Source: Octopus sinensis (lineage: Eukaryota). From it: a stretch of 64,000 nt of DNA. Below the pieces are notes generated by a model. The model did no database searches. It had not been told where the DNA came from and saw only the letters and a program-made list of their open reading frames with translations. Made by a program: the position numbers and the translations under genes. The DNA is taken from contig NC_043009.1 of the NCBI RefSeq assembly GCF_006345805.1, positions 56,420,001 through 56,484,000 of the forward strand, read 5' to 3'. Positions 10,401 to 21,259 of this stretch are shown here, piece after piece. Position 1 is the stretch's first letter, and the number at the start of each line of letters is the position of its first letter.

Positions 10401-13331
10401 TATGAGATTAATGTAAGTATTTCTGCAGTTGTTTTAGTGTCAATCCAACAACTAGTTAATATTTGTTTGTTTATTCCATAGAACTTATTTGTGGAACTTC
10501 GGGAGTAGTTTGAAGGCTGAATGTCAATTTTTCCCCAACAATTTCACTAGTGCCAGTGTCACAAGGTTTGTTGGATCCTGTCAAACTGTCCAACCCCTGC
10601 CAGCATCAAAAGTAGATGATGATGGTAATGTGCTGTCACCGCTAAGCATATGATTTGACTGAAATACAGGAGTTGTCTATTCTGTAGGAAAAATTGTTTC
10701 CTTTCTGTTAGTTTTACATTGTTTATGATAAATGTCTTGTATGGTAATAGAATTCTGTGTTTTCATGATTTGTTTTTTTAGAGACTGCTACCAGTTTATC
10801 AGATTTATTTTGAAAAGGTATTGCCATTGCATGATGTGCCTGCTGGGTGCTGGTTGCTTTAGTTAATAGGATGAAATTAAATGACTTAAATTAAGTAGGC
10901 CTAAGAAGAACCATTTCATGTATGGATGAAAAATAGATGATTACTCCTCAGTGGTAAAATATTTTTTTTACATTTTCCCATAAATCAAGCCTAACAAGTG
11001 ATTTTTATTCCTTTCTCTTCAGGAATGGATCCAGTATGAAGAAATTCAAGATGATGAAGAGAAAAGTAAGTTATATATGTTTTTGTTTTTATTAGTCTTT
11101 GTGATAAGACTGTGCTGATAATAAACTGCATGCTCATTAAATATCTTTCTTTTATTAATTCTCAACTCTTCAACTTTTTAGATCGCAGCAACTTTTTTGA
11201 AAATATGCTGAATTCTGTTCAAGAACCATCATTTGTTGGAGCTCAAGGAAATAAGGTTTTGCAATGTCCAGCTGCCACTGGAAATGACACAGATGATGTT
11301 AGTGGTTTATATTTTTTCAAATTCCATAACCCTATTGCTACCAACCTGTTTAAGACAGCCCTTGTCCTACAGTACAAACTTGTTTCAAGCAGTCTAATTT
11401 TAAATCTTCTATCAAAGTTCTTTGTTAATTTATGTTCTAAATACCAGCTTAATAATGACAATTCTATCATTAAATTCTTCATTTATTTTCAAAATTATAT
11501 AAAACAAATGCAGCATATTTCAGCAGATATATAGTAGCAAAAGGGTTAAGATATATTTACTATTGTCTTCAAAATTTGTTTTGTTTTATATTTTTGGTTT
11601 CAAATATATTGTAATACATGGCTTTTTTTTTTCCTCCATCTTTTCTGATAGGTCTGTGATATTTGTAGTGATCCTTTTGAACAGTTTTGGAATGAAGATG
11701 AAGAAGAATGGCATTTAAGAAATGCTATACGTGTGGAGGGAAAGGTGTGTTAAATTATTATTTCAAAATGGTACCCTCTGTTAATAGTTTGGCAAATAGG
11801 TTATTTATTTTGATGCAAGTGTATAATTTGAATGATATTCCAAATACTAATGATTTAATGATGAAATTTGAATGTTACATATTTCCAGTTAGTTGTAGAC
11901 TATTAACATCAAGATTTCACCTACCATTTTGATTGCTTTCCTGTGTAATTTTAAATTTATCCAATATCATTTTGTTACAAAATATATTAACTTATTGTCA
12001 AGTGGGCCCATTTAAAACGGACCTGTTATATTTGCTTTTTTAATTGTCACAATTACTTTTTATCTATTTAACAGACTTACCATCCTGTTTGCTATGAAGA
12101 TGTAAAAGAGGTAATTTTCTGGATTTTCTTTTTAACTTCTTTGATTATATTAATGGATTAGGTTTCTGATTGATTTCTGAGATGTGTAGTTTTAAAAAAC
12201 CAGTTTTTGTCAAGTTTGACTTAATAAACAGTATCGGTGATTATTGTTTCATTGGTTTAAAGACCTATATGTTATAATTGTTTTGTTTATGTTTGTAGTA
12301 CAATTGGTGAAAAAGTTACTGATCCTAAGTAGTAGTCACTCTGCATTTGAATGTACAAGAAATATCCAGCTGCCTCACTCACACTGGACAGAAATTAATT
12401 TCAAATTGTTTCAGTCAATGTTAAAAAGTCTCTCTGTTCTGTATCTTAATTTCATAGTAGAGCTCTTTCGTAGATACAAAATTACATTTAAATCTGCATT
12501 TAATACTTGTAAAAGACCAATGCATTTTTAACTTTTAAAATGATTTTTATTTAAATAATAATAATAATAATAATAATTGTGTACAGTGCTCAGGTGCACT
12601 ACAACTCATCTAAAGTGTATATATAATCAGGTGTAGTTTCGGCGGATTTCGGAAAGCATGAGGGCCTTAAAGGATGCAGTGTCATGGCAGTCAACAACTG
12701 ACGCAGGCAGTTTATTCCATGCTTCAGCAACTCTGAGCGTGAAAAAATGTTTCCGAAAGTCATGGGAGCTGTGTTAAGTTCAACTATAATAAGAATAGTA
12801 TTTCTAACATATGTAACATGTTTTCTTTTCAAATTTTTTTTACTTGTTTGCTGTAGTGAAGATCATAGTGTCATCTAGATAGAATAAAATGGTGTGATTT
12901 TAAGGTTTCTTCAAAACAGCTGTATAATGTGGAATGTTAAATTTGTTTTTATTCATCTAGAAGTATTGTACATTAAAATATTGGCTGTTTTTCAGAATAT
13001 TGAACAAACATCAGCAGATGTCTCTTTAGATACACCAGAAAAAAATCCTCTTGAAGAACAACTTTCCAGCTCTGCACCAAAAACCGATGTTGCTACAGCT
13101 GAAAGTACAACAAGTGAATCACCATCATCCACTACAGTAACTGCTGCGACTACTTCAGTAAAAACTGAAGATTCAAGTGAAATTTCTGCAGAATCAACGA
13201 CAGCTTTAGTAGAAGTAACAACAGCTGTGGTATCTAGTACTAATACAGCTACCACATTGGATTCTAACATCACAGCTCAACCTATCACCACAATTGTTAG
13301 TTCTTCTGGGTTAAAACAATCCAGTCTGTAG
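1349..13331 (+). CDS. PCF11: PCF11 cleavage and polyadenylation factor subunit (spliced gene span, 5'-partial): join(1349-1477,1919-2098,3549-3707,4128-5713,6071-8043,8136-8327,8670-8797,8897-8961,10229-10412,11023-11065,11182-11297,11652-11744,12075-12110,12996-13331)
   Basis: All introns are GT-AG with consistent phases, giving 5220 nt = 1739 aa + stop. CID C-terminal half (KLPVLYLIDSIIKN; KLYALDMRVNMLDPAWPI; IHVNPRFL), RDPR motifs, Arg/Asp-rich region, FDGP/FGGP repeats, zinc finger 1 (CSSCGIRF...HLDWHFRQN, YRKWYY) and zinc finger 2 (CDICSDPFEQFWNEDEEEWHLRNAIRVEGKTYHPVCYED) match known PCF11 architecture. The N-terminal exon is not in the window. Confidence 0.95.
1919..2098 (+). CDS. PCF11: PCF11 exon (CID: VDEKTR...DPAWPI...HVNPRFLVQ)
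   Basis: tatag acceptor, gtaata donor, 60 codons. Confidence 0.95.
3549..3707 (+). CDS. PCF11: PCF11 exon (KEEERK...LIAKQQELL...NKHQ, coiled-coil-like)
   Basis: aacag acceptor, gtaatg donor, 53 open codons in phase. Confidence 0.8.
4128..5713 (+). CDS. PCF11: PCF11 large exon (RDPR x3; Arg/Asp/Glu mixed-charge region)
   Basis: cccatag acceptor, AG|gttagt donor (phase 2); same frame as ORF 4143-5750. Confidence 0.88.
6071..8043 (+). CDS. PCF11: PCF11 large exon (FDGP/FGGP beta-rich repeats, Pro-rich region)
   Basis: ttttcag acceptor, G|gttagt donor (phase 1); same frame as ORF 6012-8048. Confidence 0.9.
8136..8327 (+). CDS. PCF11: PCF11 exon (AGFGNISTPAISSIP...PPNNL)
   Basis: cttttag acceptor, gtaagt donor, phase 1/1, open. 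Confidence 0.82.
8670..8797 (+). CDS. PCF11: PCF11 exon (PIDVATLFQKLVSVGIIP)
   Basis: tttccag acceptor, AAG|gtttat donor; the L-x-x-K-L-x-x-x-G-I-I motif is typical of PCF11. Confidence 0.85.
8897..8961 (+). CDS. PCF11: PCF11 exon (EKEPEPEVVPDLTDFKTAELK)
   Basis: ttctag acceptor, gtaagt donor, phase 0/2. Confidence 0.85.
9297..9420 (+). pseudogene. Partial duplicated copy (pseudo-exon) of PCF11 exon 8136-8327 within a downstream intron
   Basis: Matches 8136-8255 with a 3-nt insertion (act) and about 6 substitutions, mostly non-synonymous; retains an upstream AG. Confidence 0.9.
10229..10412 (+). CDS. PCF11: PCF11 exon, zinc finger 1 / Clp1-binding region
   Basis: cttgtag acceptor, gtaagt donor; QCSSCGIRF...HLDWHFRQN...RKWYY. 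Confidence 0.95.
11023..11065 (+). CDS. PCF11: PCF11 exon (EWIQYEEIQDDEEK)
   Basis: ctcttcag acceptor, gtaagt donor, phase 0/1. Confidence 0.9.
11182..11297 (+). CDS. PCF11: PCF11 exon (NRSNFFEN...CPAATGNDTDD)
   Basis: tttttag acceptor, gttagt donor, phase 1/0. Confidence 0.85.
11652..11744 (+). CDS. PCF11: PCF11 exon, zinc finger 2 (VCDICSDPFEQFWNEDEEEWHLRNAIRVEGK)
   Basis: gatag acceptor, gtgtgt donor, 31 codons. Confidence 0.95.
12075..12110 (+). CDS. PCF11: PCF11 36-nt exon (TYHPVCYEDVKE)
   Basis: taacag acceptor, gtaatt donor; completes zinc finger 2 (YHPxC). Confidence 0.92.
12554..12775 (-). mobile_element. CR1-clade LINE 3' end with (TTA)n tail, antisense in the last PCF11 intron
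   Basis: Minus frame HSSHDFRKHFFTLRVAEAWNKLPASVVDC...; homologous to 17278-17730. Confidence 0.75.
12996..13331 (+). CDS. PCF11: PCF11 terminal exon, Ser/Thr-rich tail, TAG stop
   Basis: ttttcag acceptor, in frame with ORF 12894-13331. Confidence 0.75.
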   Translation, partial: NIEQTSADVSLDTPEKNPLEEQLSSSAPKTDVATAESTTSESPSSTTVTAATTSVKTEDSSEISAESTTALVEVTTAVVSSTNTATTLDSNITAQPITTIVSSSGLKQSSL

Positions 13332-13752
13332 AACGGTTTCCTTTAGTGACATAAGAACATTTCTGATGCCTACACCATTATTTCTCTGCTGGCAAGAAAT
13401 ACCTTCATAAAAATGATGCGCATCAGTGCTATTTAATTCATCTCTCAAGGACAATGCTGTTCGTTAACTACTGTTTAAAAACCATATATCCCATTTGAAG
13501 TCATCTTTTTTCTTCGTCTTCCCTCTTTCTCTTCTGAAGCATTCACAATGTCTGCCTGAAGTATACCTTTAGAGTAAGAGGTGAGAAAATTGTATGGTTG
13601 TTAAGTGTTTACTTCTGTTTTCTGGCCAATGTATAAATATGAGTTGCTTATTTATGTCAAGGCCAATGTGATACATGTTACTGTGATGAATATTCCAAGG
13701 AAAGGGCTGTGATACATATTTCTTCCATGGCAGCAGTGTAAACGGGTAAATT

Positions 13753-13758
13753 AATAAA
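13753..13758 (+). terminator. Candidate PCF11 polyadenylation signal AATAAA
   Basis: About 420 nt after the stop, with TGTA upstream and GTTTGTTTGTTT about 25 nt downstream. Confidence 0.4.
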
Positions 13759-14610
13759 ACCAATTATGAAAGAAAAGGAACTCGTTTGTTTGTTTATACC
13801 AGTTTTTCTTAAACCATGGTGTTATTACATAAGCATGCATACACACACACACACACACAGATGTATATGTCTATGAAAGAGTAATGTGAAATAAGGATAT
13901 AGAATATGCAGCTACAACAGTAAGCTCTCCACTTGGAATTGGCTACCAGTTTAAAGGTGTGTATAAATCACATGCATACATAAACCCTAATCTCAACAAT
14001 GTGAAGTGTAATTTGGTTAATTGACTGTGTTTTCTGTTATGTACAAGGGGGTGCTGAAAAGTTCTTAGTTTAGGGTAAAAATAAATACAGGAGTGGATTT
14101 GGTAGACAGGAACTGAAAGAAGCCTGTCAAGTGTGTGTGTCCTTGTTTTTGACATCACACGATAGTCAAGAGCAAGCTTTGCTTGTAGGTTACAAAACAG
14201 ATGTGTTGTGCATCTATTACCATCAGTAACTCTAGAACAGCATGTTCTTCAGAGACAATCATAATATAGAGCAGTCTCAAGATACCAACGATCAAATTAA
14301 CATAATGAATTTCAGTCAAGTTAGGCTTCAAGATTATTGTTAGAACTTTTGTCTGGCAGCAAATGTATTCATTGGTTTGTAAATTGGGAATGTTATACAG
14401 CATACTGAAGTAACTTGGACATCCACATAAACATATATATATATAATTGAAAATTGCTTTAGTATTGGAGGGAACTGCAAGATACTCTATATATAAAGTG
14501 GAGAGTAAATTTAACTATGTGACTCATACAAGGCTAGTATTCCTTGGGAATGCCTCAATATATTCATTTAACCTATGCTAGCTTTAAAAATTAAGCATCA
14601 GTTGTTAACA

Positions 14611-14977
14611 GGTGCAGGAGTTGCCTGGTGGTAAGTAGCTTGCTTACCAACCACATGGTTCCGGGTTCATTCCCACTGCATGGCACCTTGGGCAAGTGTC
14701 TTCTATGGCCTCAGGCCGACCAAAGCCTTGTGAGTGGATTTGATAGACAGAAACTGAGAGAAGCCTGTCATATATATATGTATGTATGTGTTTGTGCCCC
14801 CAACATTGCTTGACAACCGATGCTGGTGTGTTTACATCTCCATAACTTAGCGGTTCGGCAAAAGAGACCAATAGAATAAGTACTAGGTTTCCAAAGAATA
14901 AGTTCTGGGGTTGATTTGCTCAACTAAAGGTGGTGCGCTAGCATGGCTGCAGTCAAATGACAGACAGGTAAAAGAGA
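14611..14977 (+). mobile_element. tRNA-derived SINE (octopus OR-like family)
   Basis: A/B-box-like head (ggtggtaag...ggttccgggttca), internal (TA/TG)n, 3' cagcatggc...gtcaaatga tail shared by several copies in the window. Confidence 0.8.
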
Positions 14978-16250
14978 AATATAATTGAACCAACCAGACA
15001 TGGTTAAGAAGTTTGCTTTGCATCCACATGGTTTCAGGTTCAGCCCCACAGTATGGCAAGTCATCAATAGCTCCAGGTCAACCAAATGCCTTATGAGTGA
15101 ATTTGGTATATAGAAACTGAAAAGCTCATCATATGTCTCTGCATTTGTTCTCCACATCAGATAACAACTGTAACTCAGTGGTTTAGCAAATGACATTTCC
15201 GTCTTCCTTTTAGACCAGGTATCTCTGAAACTACACAAACTATATGAAACAACCACATTTTTTTTTTCACCAACTATTAAATTCAACCTCTTCTTGTGAT
15301 GAATTTAACTACTACCTTCAGCTCATATGTAGTAACTCTATTAGCGCAGCAAAGTCTAAAATTGTCTATTAATCCCGTATAATGAAGTTAATAATCTCCC
15401 TTACAATAAATTGGAGTTTAATGACAATAACAGATTGATATAAAGCCACAAATGTCAAGTCTAACTTAACACTATTATTATAAAAATGTAAATATCTTAA
15501 TAACCTCGCATTTTCTTTAAAACGTATATATATGTATGTGTGTGAATACATATGTATATAATACCTCAATTTCAAATTCAAAATTTTAATCCTCCCAAAT
15601 TACAAAAAAATGATTATTTCCCTTGTAAAACTGTCCACTAGGGGGAGACACTTGTATGTGTGCACACACATATTTAGACAGACAAATATGGTTAAACCAC
15701 TCTCTAACAGTATAGGTTTTGTTAGGAGGAAGCTCAAGAAAAAAATCACCATATGGTATCAGTAAGGGTGAAATGCTTGGTATACTACTCTGCTTTCAAA
15801 CAATCACAGCTGAGACAACAGCTTGAAACTGCTTTTGCCGGTGAGAAATGGTTACATCTCCAAGTCTAAATGGGACATCCCTAACTTGTCAAATGAATGT
15901 TTGGTCAGTGGTATTTAAATAACTAAGAAAATAGTCATGACCGTTAGCAATTGAGTAGTTTACATGATAAAATGATGTATCTACATACAAACTATAAATA
16001 GATACTATCATTTTACTTACACTTTTCCATGCTGGTGTGAGTTGGACAAGTCCCATAAGCCCAAGAGCTTATTTGGAGTTACTACGCTTCTTGATTGGTT
16101 GGGAAACATGTCTTGTTCACACATCCCATTTTTTTGGCATGGTCTCTATGGTTGAATGTTTTTCCTATCACCAAACACCTTGCAGAGTGCGCTGGATGCA
16201 TTTTATTTTGACACTAGCTCTAGAACTGTTGTGTCCTGGGAAGCCTTTAA

Positions 16251-16456
16251 CCCTGTAGTATTCATATTACTCTGTCAAATGTATTTAATCACATTATTTG
16301 GAATGAATCATGCATTATCCCGTAGCTTTGAGATTTCAATGATGTGATTGTTAGAATGACATTGTAGAGTAGACGTGATATGCCAGATCTGGCCACTTTG
16401 AACATAAGGCAGATAGAATATTTGGGTTGGAAATGGCTAGTTTGAATGATAAAGGG
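16251..16456. mobile_element. piggyBac-type MITE (CCCT termini, TTAA TSD)
   Basis: ttaa|ccctgtagtattca ... tgaatgataaaggg|ttaa; same family as 60899-61116, opposite orientation. Confidence 0.75.
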
Positions 16457-16469
16457 TTAAATAGTTCTG

Positions 16470-17050
16470 AATACTGTCTCCATTCATTCTCTGACACAAG
16501 AGATGTCTCACCCTTCAGAAGACAGACAATACCTTCTTCCCTGCATTTCTCTGCTTGTTATTTTCTTTCTCATACAACTAGATGTGTGATGGGGTCTATA
16601 ATTAAGTTACAGAATTTTTTCATCCAACATTGGTCTTCATTGTTACTGCCCATAGAGCAACATATTAATCCTGATGACATGGGCCAGGACAATTATCCTG
16701 TGGTTCACAATGGCAGTACAGTCTGTCTTGTATATGGTTTGCCAGTCTATAGGGATAGGCTGGCATAATAGAGTTTTGTAGAGATAGTGAATAGAGACTA
16801 TGCAGGGTCAAGAAGACATTTTAGTCTTGTTGAGTTGATGATAATCTCTAGTGCAGGTGCCATGATAAACTACATCCAGTACATTATGACTGGTGTTAAG
16901 AAGGAAATCCAGCTAACCATAGGAGTCATGTCACACTTGGACATACAAGCAAGACGTGGTTGGTTCTCAAAACCATCTAGGAGGGCAGTAACTTCAGTAA
17001 TGGGAAACCTTGTTAAGTTTCAAACCACTAATCTTTCCCTTCACTCATGG
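16470..17050 (-). mobile_element. Highly decayed RTE-like LINE ORF fragment
   Basis: Minus-strand remnant AHVIRINMLLYGQ..RP resembles the RTE C-terminal GHVxRM..LLYG..GRP motif; many stops. Confidence 0.4.
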
Positions 17051-17277
17051 TAGTTTTTAGCACATTTATTTCATTGTTCTACACATCAATACATTTTATC
17101 TATGCTGAAGAGAGGGGACCTGGTTGTATGTGACCTCTTTGATCTGTGTCATTATTTCATCACCTTAGCTTCATCATATAAGCTAGCATAGAATGAAGGC
17201 TTTTCAGCTGATAATCTAGATTTCTAATCAATACATTGTTTGTTCTTTTAATCCTGTGTCCAGACAATCCAGAGTTA

Positions 17278-17730
17278 TAATAATAATAATAATAATAATA
17301 AATAATGAAATTATTGTATACAGTGCTCAGGTGCACCACAATTTGTCAAAAGTGCATATAAAGTAAATGCAGTAATGTACAAATGAATGGAAAGTGAACA
17401 GTGTATGAGTCAGATGCATGCTTGCATGTGTATGGAGGGGAGAAAATCAGGTGTAGTGTTGGTGAATCTCAGGAAGCATGGAGGTTTTGAAGGATGCAGT
17501 GCTCCGGCAACTAACAACTGATGCTGGTAGTTTGTTCCATGCTTCAGCAACTCTTAGCGTGAAAAAATGTTTCCGAAAGTCATGGGAGCTGTGCTGTTTT
17601 CTGACTTTGTAAACATGTCCACGGGTGTTAGACAGGTGGAGTTTGAAAAGGTGCTCAGAGTTATTGTTTGTGAGATGGCTAAAGATCTCTTTCTTTAGTA
17701 TGAACAGACAGGGTTTTCCTTCATTGCCAC
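17278..17730 (-). mobile_element. CR1-clade LINE 3' fragment with (TTA)n tail
   Basis: Minus frame ...HLFKLHLSNTRGHVYKVRKQHSSHDFRKHFFTLRVAEAWNKLP... Confidence 0.8.
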
Positions 17731-18458
17731 TACTACTTCAGCATGAAAGCCAAACTCTCATTCTAACCAGCAATAGTGACAATTCTTGCTATGTCCAGCT
17801 CTCTACCTGGGACACTCACACACATGTAGTCAATTGTTTCTACACACATTTAAATAATGCATTTCTACTGCATGCACACACACACACACACACAATAATT
17901 CATTCCACAAGCACAAAAATTAACTCAGGACTTAACTTATTTATTGTAAAGATATTTTTAACTCCACATCTCTGTTAATATTTTAACTGTACATTTTTCA
18001 TTCACAAACAAAATCTATATAAAAAAACTCAAACTCAGCTCTGTTCTTTTTATTAAGCATATCCATTTGCCTACATTGCATTGCCCTCACACTTCAAATA
18101 AGAACTGACTGTAACTGTGATTATCTATCCAACTCATGCCAGCACAAAAAACATTTAAATTGATACTGATGAAAGATTGGTACCCTCTCTAATATTGTAT
18201 CTAAATAGTATTAAAAACCACTGTGTATAAGGATTGCCTCCATTTAAGTTCATGTGATCAATGGAGACACAACAGTGTGGTATAGATTTTTATTATAAAC
18301 AATACATAGGTTAGCAATAAATGACTTCAAAATAAGAACTAGACAGACCTAGAAACATAATATAGTCTGGAGAAGGAAGACATGGAAGATGAAAGAACCA
18401 TCAACCTAATGTAGATTCAGAGATGTTCTAACTAAAACATGTCAGGCTATACTCGCAT

Positions 18459-18832
18459 ACTCTTTTACTTGTTTCAGTAATTGACTGTGGCCATGCTGGA
18501 GCACCGCCTTTAGTCAAGCAAATCGACCCCAGGACTTATTCTTTGGAAGCCTAGTACTTATTCTATCAGTCTCTTGCCGAACTGCTAGGTTGCGGGGACG
18601 TAAACACACAAGCATCGGTTGTCAAGCGATGTTGGGCAGACAAACACAGACACACACACATGCATATATATACATATATACGATGGGCTTCTTTCAGTTT
18701 CCATCTACCAGATCCGCTCACAAGGCTTTGGTCGGCCCAAGGCTATAGTAGAAGACACTTGCCCAAGGTGCCATGCAGTGGGACTGAACCCGGAACCACG
18801 TGTTTGGCAAGCAAGCTACTTACCACACAGCC
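18459..18832 (-). mobile_element. tRNA-derived SINE (same family as 14611-14977)
   Basis: Reverse-complement match to the family over its length. Confidence 0.8.
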
Positions 18833-19635
18833 TATGTACAACTTAACTTGTAAATGGAGTTGTAAGAGCCCTGTTGTGACACAGCATGTCTTGGCATTTT
18901 AGATCTAGGGGACCCCATCCCTCCCCAGGTTTGATTATAGCTGGTTTCTTTCAGAAGAACAGAAAGAGACAAATCAGCCTTGTTACATGACTGGTACTTT
19001 ATTCATCGACCCCCAAAAGAATAAAAGGTAAGTTTGAGCTTGGAGAGTTGGAAAAGCTACTGCCAAGTAATCCATTCAACACTTTATGATTCTGCCAACA
19101 GGCTACCTTGTTGGTACACAAATGAGAATCAAGAAGATAAAGACTTATAACATAGAGAACAACTAGAAGACAAACTACTGGCCAGATCTGTGGCTAGTAG
19201 AAAATTCCAACCAGATGAAAAGTGATACTGTGGTGGAATAGCACTTTAAATGGAGTCCTAAAAACTGGAAGGAATGGGACAGCAGAGATCAATACTAAGT
19301 AACAAATATGAAAACATAACATTGATATCTTGGATTTACAAAATAATGCATGATTAATTCAATACAATGTGAATAAATTAGTCATTACATTTGACGGAGT
19401 AATCTGAATACTAAAGGGTTAAAGTTGAAAGCAGCATAATTGCATGTATAATTATGGATATGAAGGCAGGAAAAATAGAAAATGGGTATCGACTATAGGA
19501 AACAGACAGAAAGAAATTTATACATGGCCAGATATGTTTTTCACATGAAAATGAACATCACTTGCATAACGGCGATGTTCATTTACACAATTGCAAGTTA
19601 ACAGGGCACACAAACACAAAAAATTATTATATATA

Positions 19636-19670
<35 letters not shown>

Positions 19671-19772
19671 GTTGAGTCATAAGAAACTATAAGTCGGGTA
19701 AAAGATGCACTCGTATATCTGTCAGAAGAGCAGGTATATTATCTGAAATGTATAGTATTAAATATCCATCAT

Positions 19773-19865
19773 GGTTGATCTAACCAATTGGTTTCATGTA
19801 AAGAATATAATGGAATGTCAGGTAACAAACCGATTATATAACTTTATGCTCATCAGAGTTAGCTG
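19773..19865 (-). ncRNA. Degenerate type-I hammerhead ribozyme motif
   Basis: CUGAUGA (19856-19850), stem II gcauaaag/cuuuacau, GAAA (19795-19792), stem III ccaauugg, GUU site. Confidence 0.55.
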
Positions 19866-19902
19866 ACATGGAAAGGAAGCAGTCACCATATTCCCTTTCA
19901 TA

Positions 19903-19992
19903 TCAGCTCTGATGAGTGTAAAGTTATATAAACAGTTGGTTACTTAACACTCCATTGTATTCTTTACACAAAACTGATTGGTAAGATCAGCC
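19903..19992 (+). ncRNA. Degenerate type-I hammerhead ribozyme motif (G12A)
   Basis: CUGAUGA (19909-19915), perfect 8-bp stem II gtgtaaag/ctttacac, AAAA in place of GAAA, GUA site 19981-19983. Confidence 0.55.
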
Positions 19993-20418
19993 ATAATAGA
20001 TATTAAATATTATAGATTTCAGATATATATATATGACTAATTTCTTTGAGCTTCTGTCTATCAAATCACTCACAAGGCTTTGATTGGCCTGGGACTAAAG
20101 TGGAAAACACTTGCCAAGGTACCACACAGTGGGATTGAATCTGAGACACATGGTTATGAAGTGAATTTCTTAACCATACAGCCACACTTGTGCCTATAGA
20201 TATATTTGTGTGTGTGCGTGTATATATATATATATAATATATAAAATGAGATAGGGGTTGTAAATTCAACCCTCCATGGGATAACATATATCCAATATAC
20301 TGCTAGAGAAGTACCCAACAAAGCTAATACATAAATGCTAAGAATTGCGATGCAATTAATTCATTTACTGTATTAGGTGGGCAAAGGTAAAATTATTTTT
20401 ACCATAAAGTTAATAATA

Positions 20419-21259
20419 CAAAATGAGAAAATGGAGAAATATATCTAAATCATTCATCAACTATCAGATAACACCGAATCATATACTTTATTAAAACACT
20501 ACACAAGAGCATTAAGATTAGACATTAATACAGTACAATAATTACAATCAATATAATGAGATATAACTAAATAAATATAACAAGATATAAAATACATATA
20601 CATTATAACTGACAGCTGTTTCGGCCATGCAGATAAGTATGTCTCATTTAACCTATTAGCCATATATTGCAGGTATAAATGAGACATTAACAAAAATATC
20701 TAACGGCCTCTTCGGAGATTCTAATGTAAGTATGAGTACATATCCAAAAATCATTTACATATAAATATAAATATGAGTGCATATATACTCATATCCTTAT
20801 ATATATATACACATATATACATATACATAATAATATAAAATAATATAAATAATATAAATCAATATATATCAATAAACATAATAATGTTCTATATTGAATG
20901 TTACAGTTCCTCAACAATATTAAGAAATTACAACAGATATATTCATACTTAATGCTGACATATATAGTAAACAGTTCATTATATTAATTTGTGTTACTTT
21001 ACAAAAAGTCAATAATGTTAATACCAATACCGTTATCAATAACAATAATGTTAGCAACACTGAAAACCAATAAATACCACCATAGTATTTGGTCTTGTTA
21101 TATTTATTTAGTTATATCTCATTATATTGATTGTAATTATTGTACTGTATTAATGTCTAATCTTAATGCTCTTGTGTAGTGTTTTAATAAAGTATATGAT
21201 TCGGTATTATCTGATAGTTGATGAATGATTTAGATATATTTCTCCATTTTCTCATTTTG
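20419..21259. mobile_element. 841-bp element with 167-bp near-perfect terminal inverted repeats, TA-flanked (Penelope pseudo-LTR remnant or Tc1/mariner-type MITE)
   Basis: 20419-20585 vs 21093-21259 are reverse complements with 1 mismatch seen; TA on both sides; internal hammerhead motif. Confidence 0.8.
20600..20727 (-). ncRNA. Type-I hammerhead ribozyme motif with long loop-2 hairpin (core CCGAAGA)
   Basis: acauuagaaucu-CCGAAGA-ggcc...ggcc-GAAAC-AGCU-GUC-aguuauaaugu; predicted cleavage between 20611 and 20610. Confidence 0.65.

Larger units (their letters stand above)
19741..20024. repeat. Imperfect inverted repeat (~135-bp arms, 16-nt spacer) made of two back-to-back hammerhead-bearing repeats
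   Basis: 19741-19876 vs 19893-20024, about 80% identical as reverse complements, mostly transitions. Confidence 0.85.
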
